This document shows, in pieces, positions 24,887 through 37,030 of a DNA stretch of 64,000 bases (position 1 is its first letter; each line of letters starts with the position of its first letter). Position numbers and translations under genes: made by a program. The notes under the pieces were generated by a model. It did no database searches, was not told where the DNA came from, and worked only from the letters and a program-made list of their open reading frames with translations. Origin of the DNA: Malacoraja senta (Eukaryota); the NCBI GenBank assembly GCA_038087875.1, contig CM075980.1:868001-932000 (forward strand), written 5' to 3'.

Positions 24887-25880
24887 CATGGTATTGGGGG
24901 TAAGGTATTGACATGGATAGAAAATTGGTTGGCAGACAGGAAACAAAGAGTAGGAATTAACTGGTCCCTTTCAGAATGGCAGGCAGTGACTGGTGGGGTG
25001 CCGCAGGGCATGGTGCTGGGACCGCAGCTATTTACAATATAAATTATTTAGATGAAGGAATTAAAAGTAACATTAGCAAATTTGCAGATGACACAAAGCT
25101 GGGTGGCAGGGTGAACTGTGAAGAGGATGCTATGAGGATGCAGGCAGACTATTATCTGAATGGTGTCAGATTAGGAAAACCAGAAGTGTAACGAGACCTG
25201 GGTGTCCTTGTACATCAGTCACTGAAAGCAAGCATGCAGTTATAGCAGGCAGTAAAGAAAGCTAATGGCATGATGGCCTTCATAACAAGAGGATTTGAGT
25301 ATAGGAGCAAATAGGTCCTTCTGCAGCTGTACAGGACCCTGGGGAGACCACACCTGGAGTATTATGTGCAGTTTTGGTCCCCTAATTTAAGGAAAGACAT
25401 TCTTGCTATTGATGGAGTGCAGCGTAGGTTCACGAGGTTAATTCCCGGGATGGCGGGACTGTCATATGATGAAAGAATGAAACATACTGGGCTTGTATTC
25501 TCTGGAATTTAGAAGGATGAGAGGGCATCTTATAGAAATATATAAAATTATTAAGGGATTGGTCAAGCTAGAAGTAGGAAGCATGTTCCCATTGTTGGGA
25601 GAGTCCAGAACCAGGGGCCACAGTTTAAGAATAAGGGGTAGGCCATTTAGAACTGAGATGAGGAAAAACGTTTTCACCCAGAGATATGTGGAATTCTCTG
25701 CCTCAGTAGGCAGTGGAGGCCAATTCGCTGGATGCATTCAAAAGAGAGTTGGATAGAGCTCTCAGGGCTAGCGGAATCAAGGGATATGGGGAGAAGGCGG
25801 GAACGGGGTACTGATTGGGGATGATCAGCCATGATGGCTCGAATTGGCCGAATGGCCTACTCCACCTATTTTCTATGTTT
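24887..25880 (+). mobile_element. 5'-truncated CR1 LINE (RT and 3' UTR), frameshifted, internally deleted
   Basis: WIENWLADRKQRV, GVPQG.VLGPQLF, SKFADDTKLGG and RRMRG.LIE..SRTRGHSL; same subfamily as 2191-2848. Confidence 0.95.
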
Positions 25881-26779
25881 CGAACAATCCTTTTTGGAGC
25901 CAGGGTTGGTCACCTGGTTTGGTGGTCGTTATATAATATGGGATATGCCAGACCATGATGCTATTGGTTATGGTCAAAGGCAAATCTACAGCTGGTGGCC
26001 ATTAGAACCTCTGACTGCTCAGTTTGTGTTCCTTGACTTCTTTTGAATTTATCCTATTTGATGCAGTAGTAGTGCGATGATGGATAGTCTGAAGATGGGT
26101 CTTTTATCTATAAGGGGGTATGATGGTCTTTCAAAAAATATTGATGTGGATATATACAATCAGAGTCTCAAGACTTTGAAGATTTGGGGTCGAGTTTGAG
26201 TACTCCCAGAGTCACTGTACTTGCATGCTCTGGTGATTGAATCTTCTAGTGCAATTGGATACATCTAGGACCTGTGCTACAAGAGTCTGGAAGAGTCTGA
26301 AAGTGCAATTCTGTGAGTGCCAGGCTGTGATACTGGAGGTTTTTTTTCCCTATTCTGGCATAATTCTGGGGGATAACGACAGCAATGATGATGTGTCTTC
26401 GTTGCCTCTGGTTCTGATTCTTAAATTGATCTAACGGGAGTGGTCTATTCCAACGAGTTTTTAGCCTGTTATCATAGTAGTTATTACACCTCTTTGAGCA
26501 ATGAATGTATATAACACATTTTCTTAACTATAAACAGAAAATGCTGGAAATGTTAATCAGGTCAGGCAGAATCTGTGGCAAGAGAAAAGGGCACGTCGAA
26601 AAATTGGAAGTGCAACATTTGAAGTTGCAGAGAAGGGGGGGAAGATAAAGAGAATGTGGATGGTCTGCAATAGGCTGGAGACTAAAGGGGTGAAGGACAC
26701 AAGTGAAGGTAATGCTTGCTGAGCCAGTGTGATGTGGGCATGTTGATCGGAGATGATCTGACTGGAGGAGTTCTAAATA

Positions 26780-26861
26780 GGAGATGAATAAAAGTAGAGT
26801 GGGACTGACAAAATACAAGAGGAGATGAATAAAAGTAGAGTGGGACTGACAAAATACAAGA
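26780..26861. repeat. Perfect 41-bp tandem duplication
   Basis: ggagatgaataaaagtagagtgggactgacaaaatacaaga at 26780-26820 and 26821-26861, within an old PLE-like remnant starting ~26530. Confidence 0.95.
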
Positions 26862-28678
26862 GAATAAAGAGGTGCTGTACCTGTAATATGGCACTGGGGA
26901 AGTAATTCAGGATAATATTTGACATCAATATCATTAAGTCCAAGACTTTCAAAGCAATATAGACTATACCTCCTATCCCTTTCCATTCCCCAATTGAATC
27001 TCTGTCAATGTTTTCACTTTGAATTTCAATGCACACGTGGCAAGCTATGTACTAGTATGGCAACGGGTGAGGTACAACATTGAAATTTGATATCGAATGC
27101 TTCTGAAAGACTCTTAACACCTAGAATCCACGATTATGATAAAAGTTGGGCATTTATTTTTTTTAAATCAGAAATACTCCCCACATTTGTAGATTTAAGA
27201 AATAACATTTAGATTCTGTCACGTTCTTATGAGAAGTTGAGTTTTCACTGTGCAGTAAAATTCCACGCCCAGCTTCTGCACTCGCTCATAGGCCATGGAA
27301 ATCTCACCCGCTTAAATGCTGATCACCCCAAGTTCAGAAGATAGACTGAAGTCTCCATTTTGGAGAAGCTAAACTCATCAGTCTGCTGAGGTGGCACAGT
27401 GGTGCCCCAAGAACAGCAGCTGCCCCACAACTCTCGCAACCTGGGTTCAAACCTGACCTTTCACGCTGTCCCTGGAATTTGTCCATTCTCCCAGAAAGTG
27501 CATAGTTTCCTGGTGCTCTGATTTGTGTGTTGGGGAACTATACACACACCATTCCCTGTAAATATCCTCCTTAACACAATTTTACATTTTTGAGTCGTGG
27601 TTTGATGCTCTATTTTCATTTGTTAATTTTCAGTGAAGTTTTTCCAGATTGCAGAAGTTTAGGAAATGAATGTAGTGTATGCAATGAAACATTATCTGAT
27701 AATGAACCTCAAGCACCAGCTGAAAAATCTTTCTAAATATCTAGAGGCTGTGGGAGGGCAGAACACAGATCTGTATCTAATTCAGTGGTAACGAAGGCCA
27801 GGCCTGATTCTCGATAAAGATTAATTTAATCTACAGTTGTGTCTTATCTATATAGTTCAAATGGTATTATACGACCTCGTAACAAAACATGCTCCTAATT
27901 TAAAAGACATTTTCATTTTACAAGGTGCTGTTTTCCATCAACGCTTTGTAAATTCTTAGTGTAGCTGCCTATGGTCCATTTTCAAACCTTCTGCCATGAT
28001 ATAAAGATCTTGTATATTTTGTGTGGCATGTACATCCATGTGAGAGCCTTTTAATGTTGGACCTATCTTTTGGAAAAGGAATAATGTCGTTTGTAAATAA
28101 TACACGATTTTATGCTTAACAAGAATAACACCATATTCAAAGTCCCAACCATACTGAAGCCAATGCATTCAAATTTTCTTTGGGTTATTTTGTTCAACAA
28201 TAAGAAACAGAAGCAGGGTTAGGCCAATTGATTCCTCAAGCCTACTCCATGGATTCGGCGAGTTACTCAAAACGGAAACAGAGACTCCTTGGAACAACTC
28301 ATCGAAAATGACCAAGATGCCTATCTAAGATAATTCCATGTGACTATTTGATTCTTATCCTTCTGAACGTTCCTTATCCATGTACATCCAAATGTCTATG
28401 GTGAATGAGTTGCGAGAGAAAGCTGTGGAGGCAGGTACAATTACATTTAAAAGACATTTGGACAGGTTCATGGATAGGAAATGTTTTGAGGGATCTGGAT
28501 TAAACGCAGACAATTGGGAATAGCTTGCAAAGGTACCTTGGTTGGCATGAATAAATTAGGCCAAAGGGGCTTTTTCCGTGATCTAACACTATCTTAAATG
28601 AGATTGCACATGAAAACAATAAAAAAAAATGATGTGGTATAGATTCAGTGAAGAAATTCAGATATTCACTTTGTACTA

Positions 28679-28958
28679 TTTAGTTTAGAGATACAGCGTG
28701 GAAACAGGCCCTTCGGCCCACCAAGTCTGCGTCAATCAACGATCACCCTGTACACTAGTTCTATTCCACATACTAGGAACAATTTTCAGAAGCCAGTTAA
28801 CCTACAAATCTGCACATCTTTGAAATGTGGGAGAAAACCAGAGAACCCATGCAGTCACAGGGAGAACATACAAACTCCGTATTGACAGCACCTATGGTCG
28901 GGATGAAACCCAGGTCTATGGCATTGTAAAGCAACAACTCTACTGCTGCGCCACTGCC
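28679..28958 (-). mobile_element. HE1-like tRNA-derived V-SINE, near full length
   Basis: Minus strand: tRNA-like head gtggcgcagcagtagagttg..cctgggtttcatcc, V-domain ggagtttgtatgttctccctgtgactgc..ctcccacatttcaaaga, and CR1-like tail gggcctgtttccacgctgtatctctaaactaaa. Confidence 0.85.
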
Positions 28959-28964
28959 TTCCGT

Positions 28965-29620
28965 CAGAGTATCGAGTATAGAAGTTGGGATGTTGTGTTA
29001 CAGTTGTACAAGACATTGGTGAGGCCACGTTTGGAGTATTGTGTCCAGTTTTGGTCACCCATTCATACGAAATATGTTGTTAAGCAGGAAAGGATGCAGA
29101 GAACATTTATAAGGTTAGTTCAAGTTCGCATTTATTGTCCAACTATGGTACAGTGAAATTTGAGTTACCATACAGCCATATTGGATATTGCCAGGACTCG
29201 AGCGAGGGTCTGAGCTAAAGGGAGAGGTTGAGCAGGCTAGAACTTTATTCCTTGGATTGCAGGAGCATGAGGTGTCTATTACAGGTGTATAAGATCATGA
29301 GGGGAATTGGTAGGAAAAATGCACAAAATCTTTTACCAGAGTGAGGGAATCAAGAACCATAGGTTTAAGATGAAAGATTTATAAGGAACTTGTGGGACGA
29401 CTTTTTCCACACAGAGAATGGTGGGTATATGGAACAAGCTGCCTGAGATAGTTGAGGCATGTACTATCACAACATTTAAATGACATTTGAACATGTACCT
29501 GGATAGAAAAGGTTTAGAAGGATATGGACCAAACATCGGCAGGTGGCACAAGTGTAGATGGGTCATCTTGGTGTGGGCAAGTTGGTCCAATGGGCCTATT
29601 TCCATGCTTTATTACTCTAT
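28965..29620 (+). mobile_element. CR1 3' fragment with nested LINE-tail insert (~29113-29180, -)
   Basis: YKTLVRPRLEYCVQFWSP; the insert ggtacagtgaaatttgagttaccatacagccata is the reverse complement of the 3' end at ~36957-36992. Confidence 0.8.
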
Positions 29621-29799
29621 TTCACTCAATACTCGATAGTCTTGATCACTTTAGTCGGGATTTTCTTTCCATGGCTTCTCTGCATGTTTTCAATATATGT
29701 TTGTGAAATAATATACCAAACGCTTCTATTTTCAATGAAATTTCTCATCATTTTAGTCGCATCCCTAATTCTGAGATTGTTGCCCTCAGCCAGGGAATC

Positions 29800-30395
29800 T
29801 TTCCAGTGTCCAGCCTTTTGAACCCTATGAGAACTATAAGGTTCTAGAACTGTAGGGATTTCATTTATATCTCCTCCTCTGGCCTCTAGAGAATACAGTC
29901 TATTCAAGCTCTCTCGTATAGCAAAGCTGTTATCCCTCGAAACACTCTGTATTCCCTCTATCATCCGTGTATTTCTTTTTAAAGTAAGATAATCATTGTT
30001 GTGACAATATTCCAAGTGTGGTTTCACGAAGACCTGATGGAAAACAATGTTTATCCTTTTAATCAAATCCTCTTGGGGGGAGGGGGGGGGGAGGAGAACT
30101 ACATACATTTGTCTTCCTAATTGTTTGCAACACCTGCATGTTGGCTTTCAGTGACTTGTTTACAAGGATACCTTGATCCCTTCAGCATTACCCAAGCTCT
30201 CTTTTTAATCCACTTTTCTGTTTTGTACACTAAGCTGGAACGCTTCACATTTTGCTGCATTATATTGCACCTGCCATATTCTTGCCCAATTACTCCGCTT
30301 GTTTATATCTCCATGACACTTCCAATCTCACCTCTTTTTGTATCATTGACAAACTTAGAATCGTGACATTTAGCTCCTTATCCAGACTGCTGATA
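29800..30395 (-). mobile_element. Old CR1 fragment
   Basis: Minus ORF 29626-30108 contains VKPHLEYC and LYSLEARGGD remnants. Confidence 0.65.
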
Positions 30396-30397
30396 GA

Positions 30398-30552
30398 GAC
30401 AAGAGGCTGCAGTTACTAGAATCCTGAGCACAAAACCAAAGTGCTGGAGGAACACGGCATGCTAAGAAGGTTCTGCCCCAAGATTGTTGCCTGTCCATTT
30501 CCCTCCACAGATGCTGCCTGACTTGTTCAGTTTCCCCAGCACTTTGTTTTTT
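30398..30552. mobile_element. PLE terminal-repeat fold-back (older subfamily)
   Basis: caaagtgctggaggaac ... ctaagaaggttctgcccc..cacagatgctgcctgac..ccagcactttg forms inverted arms. Confidence 0.65.
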
Positions 30553-30894
30553 AATGATGTAAAGTAGGAAGTTTGGTAGTCAAGAGGAGTACTAACCATT
30601 GAAATAATGAAAAATTGGTCAGAAATGTAACTTGGTAGTAGCAGCTTCATTTGTGAGAGGGCGTTATGGCCACAGCCTGCTGCTGCCAGATTATACTTAC
30701 ATTAGTCTGTATCCACATTGGCATGCTGCCAATGGATGAGATGAGCCTTGTTTACACTGGCACAGTGTCTCGCAATATGTAGATCAAACGGGTGGCATTT
30801 CAGAGGATTATGCTTGGATTAACCCTCTTTAACACAGTCAAATATTTCCATCAATGATTCAAAGATTTTGCAAACCCAAAGTATATCCATGTTT

Positions 30895-31207
30895 TTGATT
30901 TATTTGTCACTGACAATGCCTGTATTTTATAGCTCATCCCATGATGCTCCTGAAGGGAGAAGGTGTGCGTGGTGTTACATACAGGCCAGACCACATAAGA
31001 TTAGCACATTTCCTGCTTTCCAGGACATTAATGAACCAGCCCAGTAGTTTCATGGTTACTCTTGCTGAGATTTAATTCCAGATATTTTTTTGGTAATTTG
31101 AATTTAAATTCCCCATCTGCCATGGTAGGATTCAACTTCATGATTCTGGATCAGTGGTCTAGAACTCGGGTGACTGGTCTGGTACTTAACTGCTATTACT
31201 GTGCCCT
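30895..31207 (-). mobile_element. Old tRNA-derived SINE whose 3' tail matches the LINE at 50010-50450
   Basis: Minus strand: tRNA-like head ..gttgaatcctaccatggcagatggggaatttaaattcaa, core tggttcattaatgtcc / tggtctggcctgtatgtaac, tail gggatgagctataaaatacaggc. Confidence 0.6.
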
Positions 31208-31469
31208 GTACTGTAACCATACAATCTATCTGTTGAACCCTGTTTTATTGGAATATTAGGAGGGAAAATAGTTAATTTAAATTTAATTACTTCAATTTAT
31301 TCTTTGCTTCCCAGGTGCAGCCAGTTTCCTGGTTAATCTGGATTTGACTAGTTTGCTTGGCAAAATTCATAAGGACAGTGCAAATTAGGTTTGCAGTATT
31401 TTTTTTCCTCCAAGGTTCTGTCCCTCGCATTTATTTTGCAGCATCCCCTTAGTTGCCTGTTACCTCGTC

Positions 31470-31725
31470 CAGCTGACAGCTCTGCTTTGCTTTGTGGTTT
31501 TATCTTTTTCTCCCCATCCCCGTCTGCTTTCTATCTCCTTTTATCTGCCTTTTACTACTTTCTTCTTTCTCTCTTGTCCAGATAATGATTGCAAAGACCC
31601 AGCAGCATTTGAAACGATAAACCAGCCGACTGGCATTCACTGATTAATCAGTCCTGCACTGCCCTGATAGGGTGTTAATTTGTAAAGTTAATGGACAGGC
31701 AGCCATGATAAGCTGCAGCAGCTGC
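31470..31725. promoter_or_regulatory. Candidate intronic enhancer (GATA/E-box cluster)
   Basis: WGATAR at 31500, 31531, 31541, 31580, 31665 and 31706; CAGCTG at 31470 and 31719; 14-bp palindrome ACTGATTAATCAGT at 31639-31652. Confidence 0.4.
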
Positions 31726-33739
31726 TTTGTAGCTGCTGGTGAAGCAAGAAGGGAGGGGGATGGGTCTGATTGACACCAACTGGCAACAGACTAATATTTT
31801 GGTTGTACACGAAAAATGCTCGTCGTAAAAGTGTTTAATGTGTTTATAACATAAAAGGCAGTGGAACATGTGTTACAATTTGGAACTAGTTCAAGTGTTG
31901 GGGAGGGAGGAGGCATGTTAGTGATAAAAATGTTGCCGTGACTGCAAAATGACATATGTGTGTAGAGTGCTGTCTGCAGCCAGCATAATTTTACTCCTCC
32001 CTTGCCAAGCCTTCCCTTCTGTGCTGTTACACTGATATATGCAGGCACCTTGCATGGAGAGCAATTCTAGTTATGACACTGCCAAGAGCCTGAGGCGTTT
32101 TGTATTGCTGCCAATTTTTAAGTTTATACGGCAATTTGGTATCTGAATAGAGATGAGGGAAACCAGATCCTTGTATCAGTTCTAGTTTCTAGGAGGTTGT
32201 AAAGGAAAGCATTGAATGAAGTGGTAGAGATTGGCCACTACGGGAAGCAACAGAGTATCGGGAGATAAAACAGACTCTCCTTGGGGAGTTTTTAAACTGC
32301 ACTGAGACTTCATGCTCAACTCCTTTTGCTTAGTATGTTTCTACAACTGTTTTACCCAGCTTAGCTTGGGAGGGGGTTGTGACCTCAAGAGCTTTTAATG
32401 CCCTTTCCTTAGGGGAGCTTTATTGAGCTCAGAGGAAGGTGATTCATAAAGCGTAGCTAATGGAGGGAATAGGGAAGAAAAACTTTGCAGCTGATCGCTC
32501 TCCAGGGGGAGTCTGTGGCTTGAGGCTTAATATGTGGACATGCTCAGAGGTCAGGTTTCCTGCAGCTTTTTGGGTAGGGTTTCCATTTCCGGAAGGTGCA
32601 GATATTGTAGTAAACGTTTATAAATAGAGCAGACTCAGCAAATATGACCCAGTGGTACTACAACAGTGGTACTAACAGATAAGCAATTTGCTTGCTTCCA
32701 AAAAAAGACAAATGAACCAACCTAGATGTTTGCGGTAAATCCATAAAAGCTGATACATCCATTTTTCAAGTGGAAGAAGTAAAATTAAAATCTACAGTTT
32801 GTCATCAATCTGTAACGGGTCAAATTAATTTGATAAAACTCAGTAAAATTGAGGATACCTCTTAATGAATTAACTCCACTGTTGTTCATATCTAAATGTG
32901 AGGGAAACCAGGTAGTTTTAAGCAGTATTTAGACATTAGAACAAACTCACAATTCCATTGGGTGAATTAGTATTGAACCAATATGTAAATGTTTTGATTT
33001 GGCATAGCTGAATGTTCATGTTGAAGAAAGGGAGGCTTTACAATTGGAAAGAACATATGATTTATTTAGCTATTTAAATCTTGTACTAAGCATGTAACTT
33101 TTTTCCATGACAGCTATGCACTTTTGAACAAAACAAGAAGTTTTTGCATTGGTACCTACCATTTAAATTTTTTTTTTTAAAATCTCAATTAAGTAATGTT
33201 TTGTTTATTTTGGTTAAAAAATGATTGCACATCAGAAGAGTACAACGTTGCCATGCTGGGATTGAGTGGAATTTTAGTATTATATAATCCTAATTTAATA
33301 TGGGTGAAAGAGCTAGCTGGGGAAGCAATTAGAATTTTCGCAGGACTTTACACAAAAATCCCATTAATGGAGATGAATGCAATGTGTCCACGAAAGACAG
33401 AGAGACCCAGTTTGCAGAACCCGATGCGGCGTCTGTCCATTTCCCTCCACAGATGCTGCCTGACCCACTGAATTCCTCCAACACTTTTGTTTTTTGTTTT
33501 CATGAAAGAAATGGTATTGCCTTCAAAGTTTTATGTACTTCAGAGAATTGTAGACCATAGTCCTAGTAAATCATCATAGTAAATGACATTCACAGGAGTC
33601 AATTGCACCAAGATAACATTTTTAGTATGTTGGTACTTGTGTTCATAATCCTTTCAAACAGCCACATTCAAATATTTTTTTTTGTTGCAATTCTAGGTAA
33701 AATTTTGTGTGCTGTGGTTTTACTTAATAGCTAAGTAAA

Positions 33740-33860
33740 TCGAGGGATACGGGGTTAAGCAGGAACGGGGTACTGATTTTGAATGATTAGCTATGATCAT
33801 ATTGAATGGCGGTGAAGGCTCGAAGGGCCTACTCCTGCACCTATTTTCTATGTTTCTATA
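33740..33860 (+). mobile_element. CR1 3' tail
   Basis: gaatggcggtgaaggctcgaagggcctactcctgcacctattttctatgtttctat. Confidence 0.8.
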
Positions 33861-34879
33861 TGCAGAAAACTCTGCAGTTCCCATCCTGGGATGAGCATCT
33901 CCTCAGCGTGTGGGGTGTCTTTTTTAAAATATATGTTAATCACCCCAAAGCGCAACTTATAGCACCATTCTCATTTTGAGGGGGGGAGGGGTGTGGTGGT
34001 AACAAATAGTGCTTTCATTTAGAAAGGTTCAGAACCACTGAAATAACAAATGCATACAAGTCCATATAACAAATCATTAAGGGCAAAGGTCATATTTTAT
34101 CAGACACAGAAAAAGGGCTGCAGTCTTGAGATCCCCCCCCCCCCTGGGTTATTTGGTGGGATTATTGCCACCTTTAATTCTATTTCAGCAGTGATTGCTT
34201 GTCATCTCTGTATCCATGGAATTAATGCCTGAAGAAATACACACAACAATTGATATGGTTATGACTTTGTTACTGGAACCTCACAGCCTTGGTTGGTTGC
34301 CATGAAAAAATTATAGATCTATTATGAGTATAATAAGCCCTTAAGTAAAAGGAATCATAAATATACTAATACATTCTTTCACCTTTTTTTTTAAGTGGTA
34401 ATGTGTTTTGTGGAGCTTCAATATGTTAATATGTATAATGATTTATTTTAGCTTGCCTTTTGCAACAATGTAGTCCATTTTGTAGACTACACTGCAGCCA
34501 CTGTGTGCGGGTGCAAGGGAGAGAGGGAGTGCTTAGGATGTATATTGTGCCAATTAAGCAAGCTACAGATTTTTTAAATGATGGTAGCGACCAAAGCCAG
34601 GCTCCTGCTATATCAGGATAGCAGTTGGAGGTTTCTGTAGATTAACAATAGAAATGTTTCTGCAAGCGCAGGAGGCACAAATCGGACTGATACTCACTTA
34701 AACATGAGGTGCGCTCGGGCTGAATTTGGGAGGGTTAGGATGATGTGCCTTCTGTCCCTGCTGCTGTCTTCCTCCACCACCGATGCTATCCCTTGCTGCT
34801 GTTACAGGACTTGGGTTCGATTTTTTAGTTCATGTGCGTCAAATAGGGATAGATAGATTTTCAACCAATCACCTCAAAT

Positions 34880-35845
34880 TATTTGCCAGGATTCTGATGG
34901 GGTTAGAGGACTGGGTGCAGCCAGGATGTTTCTCTTGGTTCTAGGGCTGTCAGTGGTCTCGGGACATTTGGGACTGAGATGAGAAATGTCTTCACTCAGA
35001 TGATGGTGAACCTGTCAAATTTGCCGCGACATAAGGTTGAGAATGTCAAATCGCTGAATATATTTTTGAAGTAGATACAATTTTACACACAATGCATCAA
35101 GGGTTATGGGGAGAGTGTGAATATAAGGGATTCTGTCATGAACTTGTTGAATGGCAGCGTTCCGACTTCCTATATTTCTATAACAATACTTATAAGAACC
35201 TTTAATACTTAAAAGTTAATTCCCCTGCAGTATTTGTGAAACAATGAACTTATTGAGAATGTGGTATATCTGGGTTTGGTGCTAGCCCATTGCTGTTTGT
35301 CATCTAAATGAACAATTTGGATGAGAATGTACAAGGCAAGATTAGTGGGTTTGCAGATGACACCAAAATGGGTGGAATTGTAGACAGTGCAAAAGGCCAT
35401 CAGCGGTGTGAGGTGTTGTATTTTGGGAAGTCTGGTCAGGCTGATCTTCCACAGTAGTAACTTGCAGTTTGTAAGACAGAGTGATCTAGGAATGCAAGTA
35501 TATATTTCCTGAAAATAGTGTCACGGATCGATAGGGTTGTGAAGAAGGCATTTAGCACACAAGGCTGAATACATATCTTATAAAGGTGTATAAAATCAAG
35601 GGGAATAGATCGGGAAAATGCACGGTGTCCTTTTCCCAGGGTAGGAGAATCGAGGACTAGAGGATGTAGTTTAAGGTTAGAAGGGAAAGATTAAGTTCAA
35701 ATGGTGATGGGTATATGGACAAGCTGCCAGTAGGAGTAGTTGAGGCAGGCACAATAACAACATTTAAAAGCCCTTTGCTCAGGAAAGGTTGAAAGGGGCA
35801 TGGGCAAGTTGGGCTGTCGGGCCTGTTTCCGTGCTGTATGACTAA
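34880..35845 (+). mobile_element. Cluster of old CR1 RT/3' fragments
   Basis: tttgcagatgacaccaaa (FADDTK) at ~35350, and CR1 3' tails ending ~35175 and ~35840. Confidence 0.7.
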
Positions 35846-36004
35846 CTCTTTGTAATGTTATAAAACTTTATTTAGTTATTATTTCAACTTTATTGTTTCA
35901 CCTTATTGTCTATCATGCAGTTACAATGTGCATAAACTGTAAATGTGCATACATGGGCTTATCTCTATACTCATTGTTGCGTAACCCGACTACTGTTTAC
36001 AAGT

Positions 36005-36214
36005 TGTTTAAGAAGGAACTGCAGATGCTGGAAAATTGAAGGTAGACAAAAATGCTGGAGAAACTCAGCGGGTAAGGCAGCATCTATGGAGCAAAGGAAA
36101 TAGGCAACGTTTCGACTCAAGTCTGAAGAAGGGTTTCGACCCGAAACGTTGCCTATTTCCTTCGCTCCATAGATGCTGCCTCACCCATTGAGTTTCTCCA
36201 GCATTTTTGTCTAC
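36005..36214. mobile_element. PLE terminal-repeat fold-back with intact hammerhead-like core
   Basis: Inverted arms 36042-36114 / 36142-36214; CTGAAGA at 36123-36129, stem II GGGT-TTCG-ACCC, GAAA at 36143-36146; flanking ctactgtttacaagt at 35990-36004 and 36211-36225. Confidence 0.9.
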
Positions 36215-36354
36215 TGTTTACAAGTGTTGTGCTTGCAGTTCACATCCAGCTTTCAAGACCTAAACTATCCTTTGCAATTGATCTTGTTGCATGCGGTTGA
36301 GCAAAGGTGGGAATGAATCTGTGGTACAGGATATTCTGTTATTTAGATTTGACA

Positions 36355-37030
36355 TGGGTGGTGCCCGTAATGGCTGCCTCGCCAACAATCTGTCTCGTCC
36401 CATCTCTGTTTTTATTATGTTAAGTATGTCTTAAATGTATGTTTCAATGTTTCTTGGTATGTTTTGTGTGTTGGGGGGGCGGGGGAAACTTTTTCCAATC
36501 ACTCACCTTGACAGAGATGCGATTTTTCTCCGTCTCCCCTGCGGCCTAACACCGTGGAGTTGGCGGCCTTTCCTGGCGTTTCAGGGCGCGGCGTGGATTT
36601 TAACATCGGGAGCTGCAATCCTTTGCCGAGGATTGTGGAGAGCTCCATCCACGGGGCCTGTTGACTTTAACACCGCGAAGCCCGCGGTCTCCGGTAAGAA
36701 GAGGCTGACTCGGGAGCTCCATGCTCCCGAAGTGTTCCATTCCGTCCCGACGCCGGAGTTTCCATCCCGATGAGAGGGCTTCGGACATTGGACCGTTGGC
36801 AGCAGCAAACTGGAGCGTTCAAAAGCCCCGACCATGGGTGAACAAAGGAGGAAGATGATTGAACTTTATTACCTTCCATCGCAGTGAGGAATGTAGATGG
36901 ATGTTTATGTTAAATTTTATTTTATGTGGCTGTGTGTCTTGTTGCTTTTTACTTCATATGGCTGTATGGTAACTCAAATTTCACTGTACCTTAATTGGTA
37001 CATGTGACAATTAAATTAAATCCTAAATCT
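36355..37030 (+). mobile_element. Non-coding, GC-rich non-autonomous retroelement with LINE-type 3' tail
   Basis: CpG-rich interior; 3' end tatggctgtatggtaactcaaatttcactgtacc..acatgtgacaat also occurs as a solo insert at ~29113-29180. Confidence 0.6.

Noticed and set aside
31315-31388. Possible coding exon (cccAG|GTGCAG...TAG|GTTTGC)
   Set aside because: Weak donor, the longest open frame ends in TAG, and the peptide is not recognisable.
36042-36214. Long hairpins (also 46058, 51471, 59473) as miRNA precursors
   Set aside because: Fully explained by inverted PLE terminal repeats, most with target duplications; no small-RNA evidence available.
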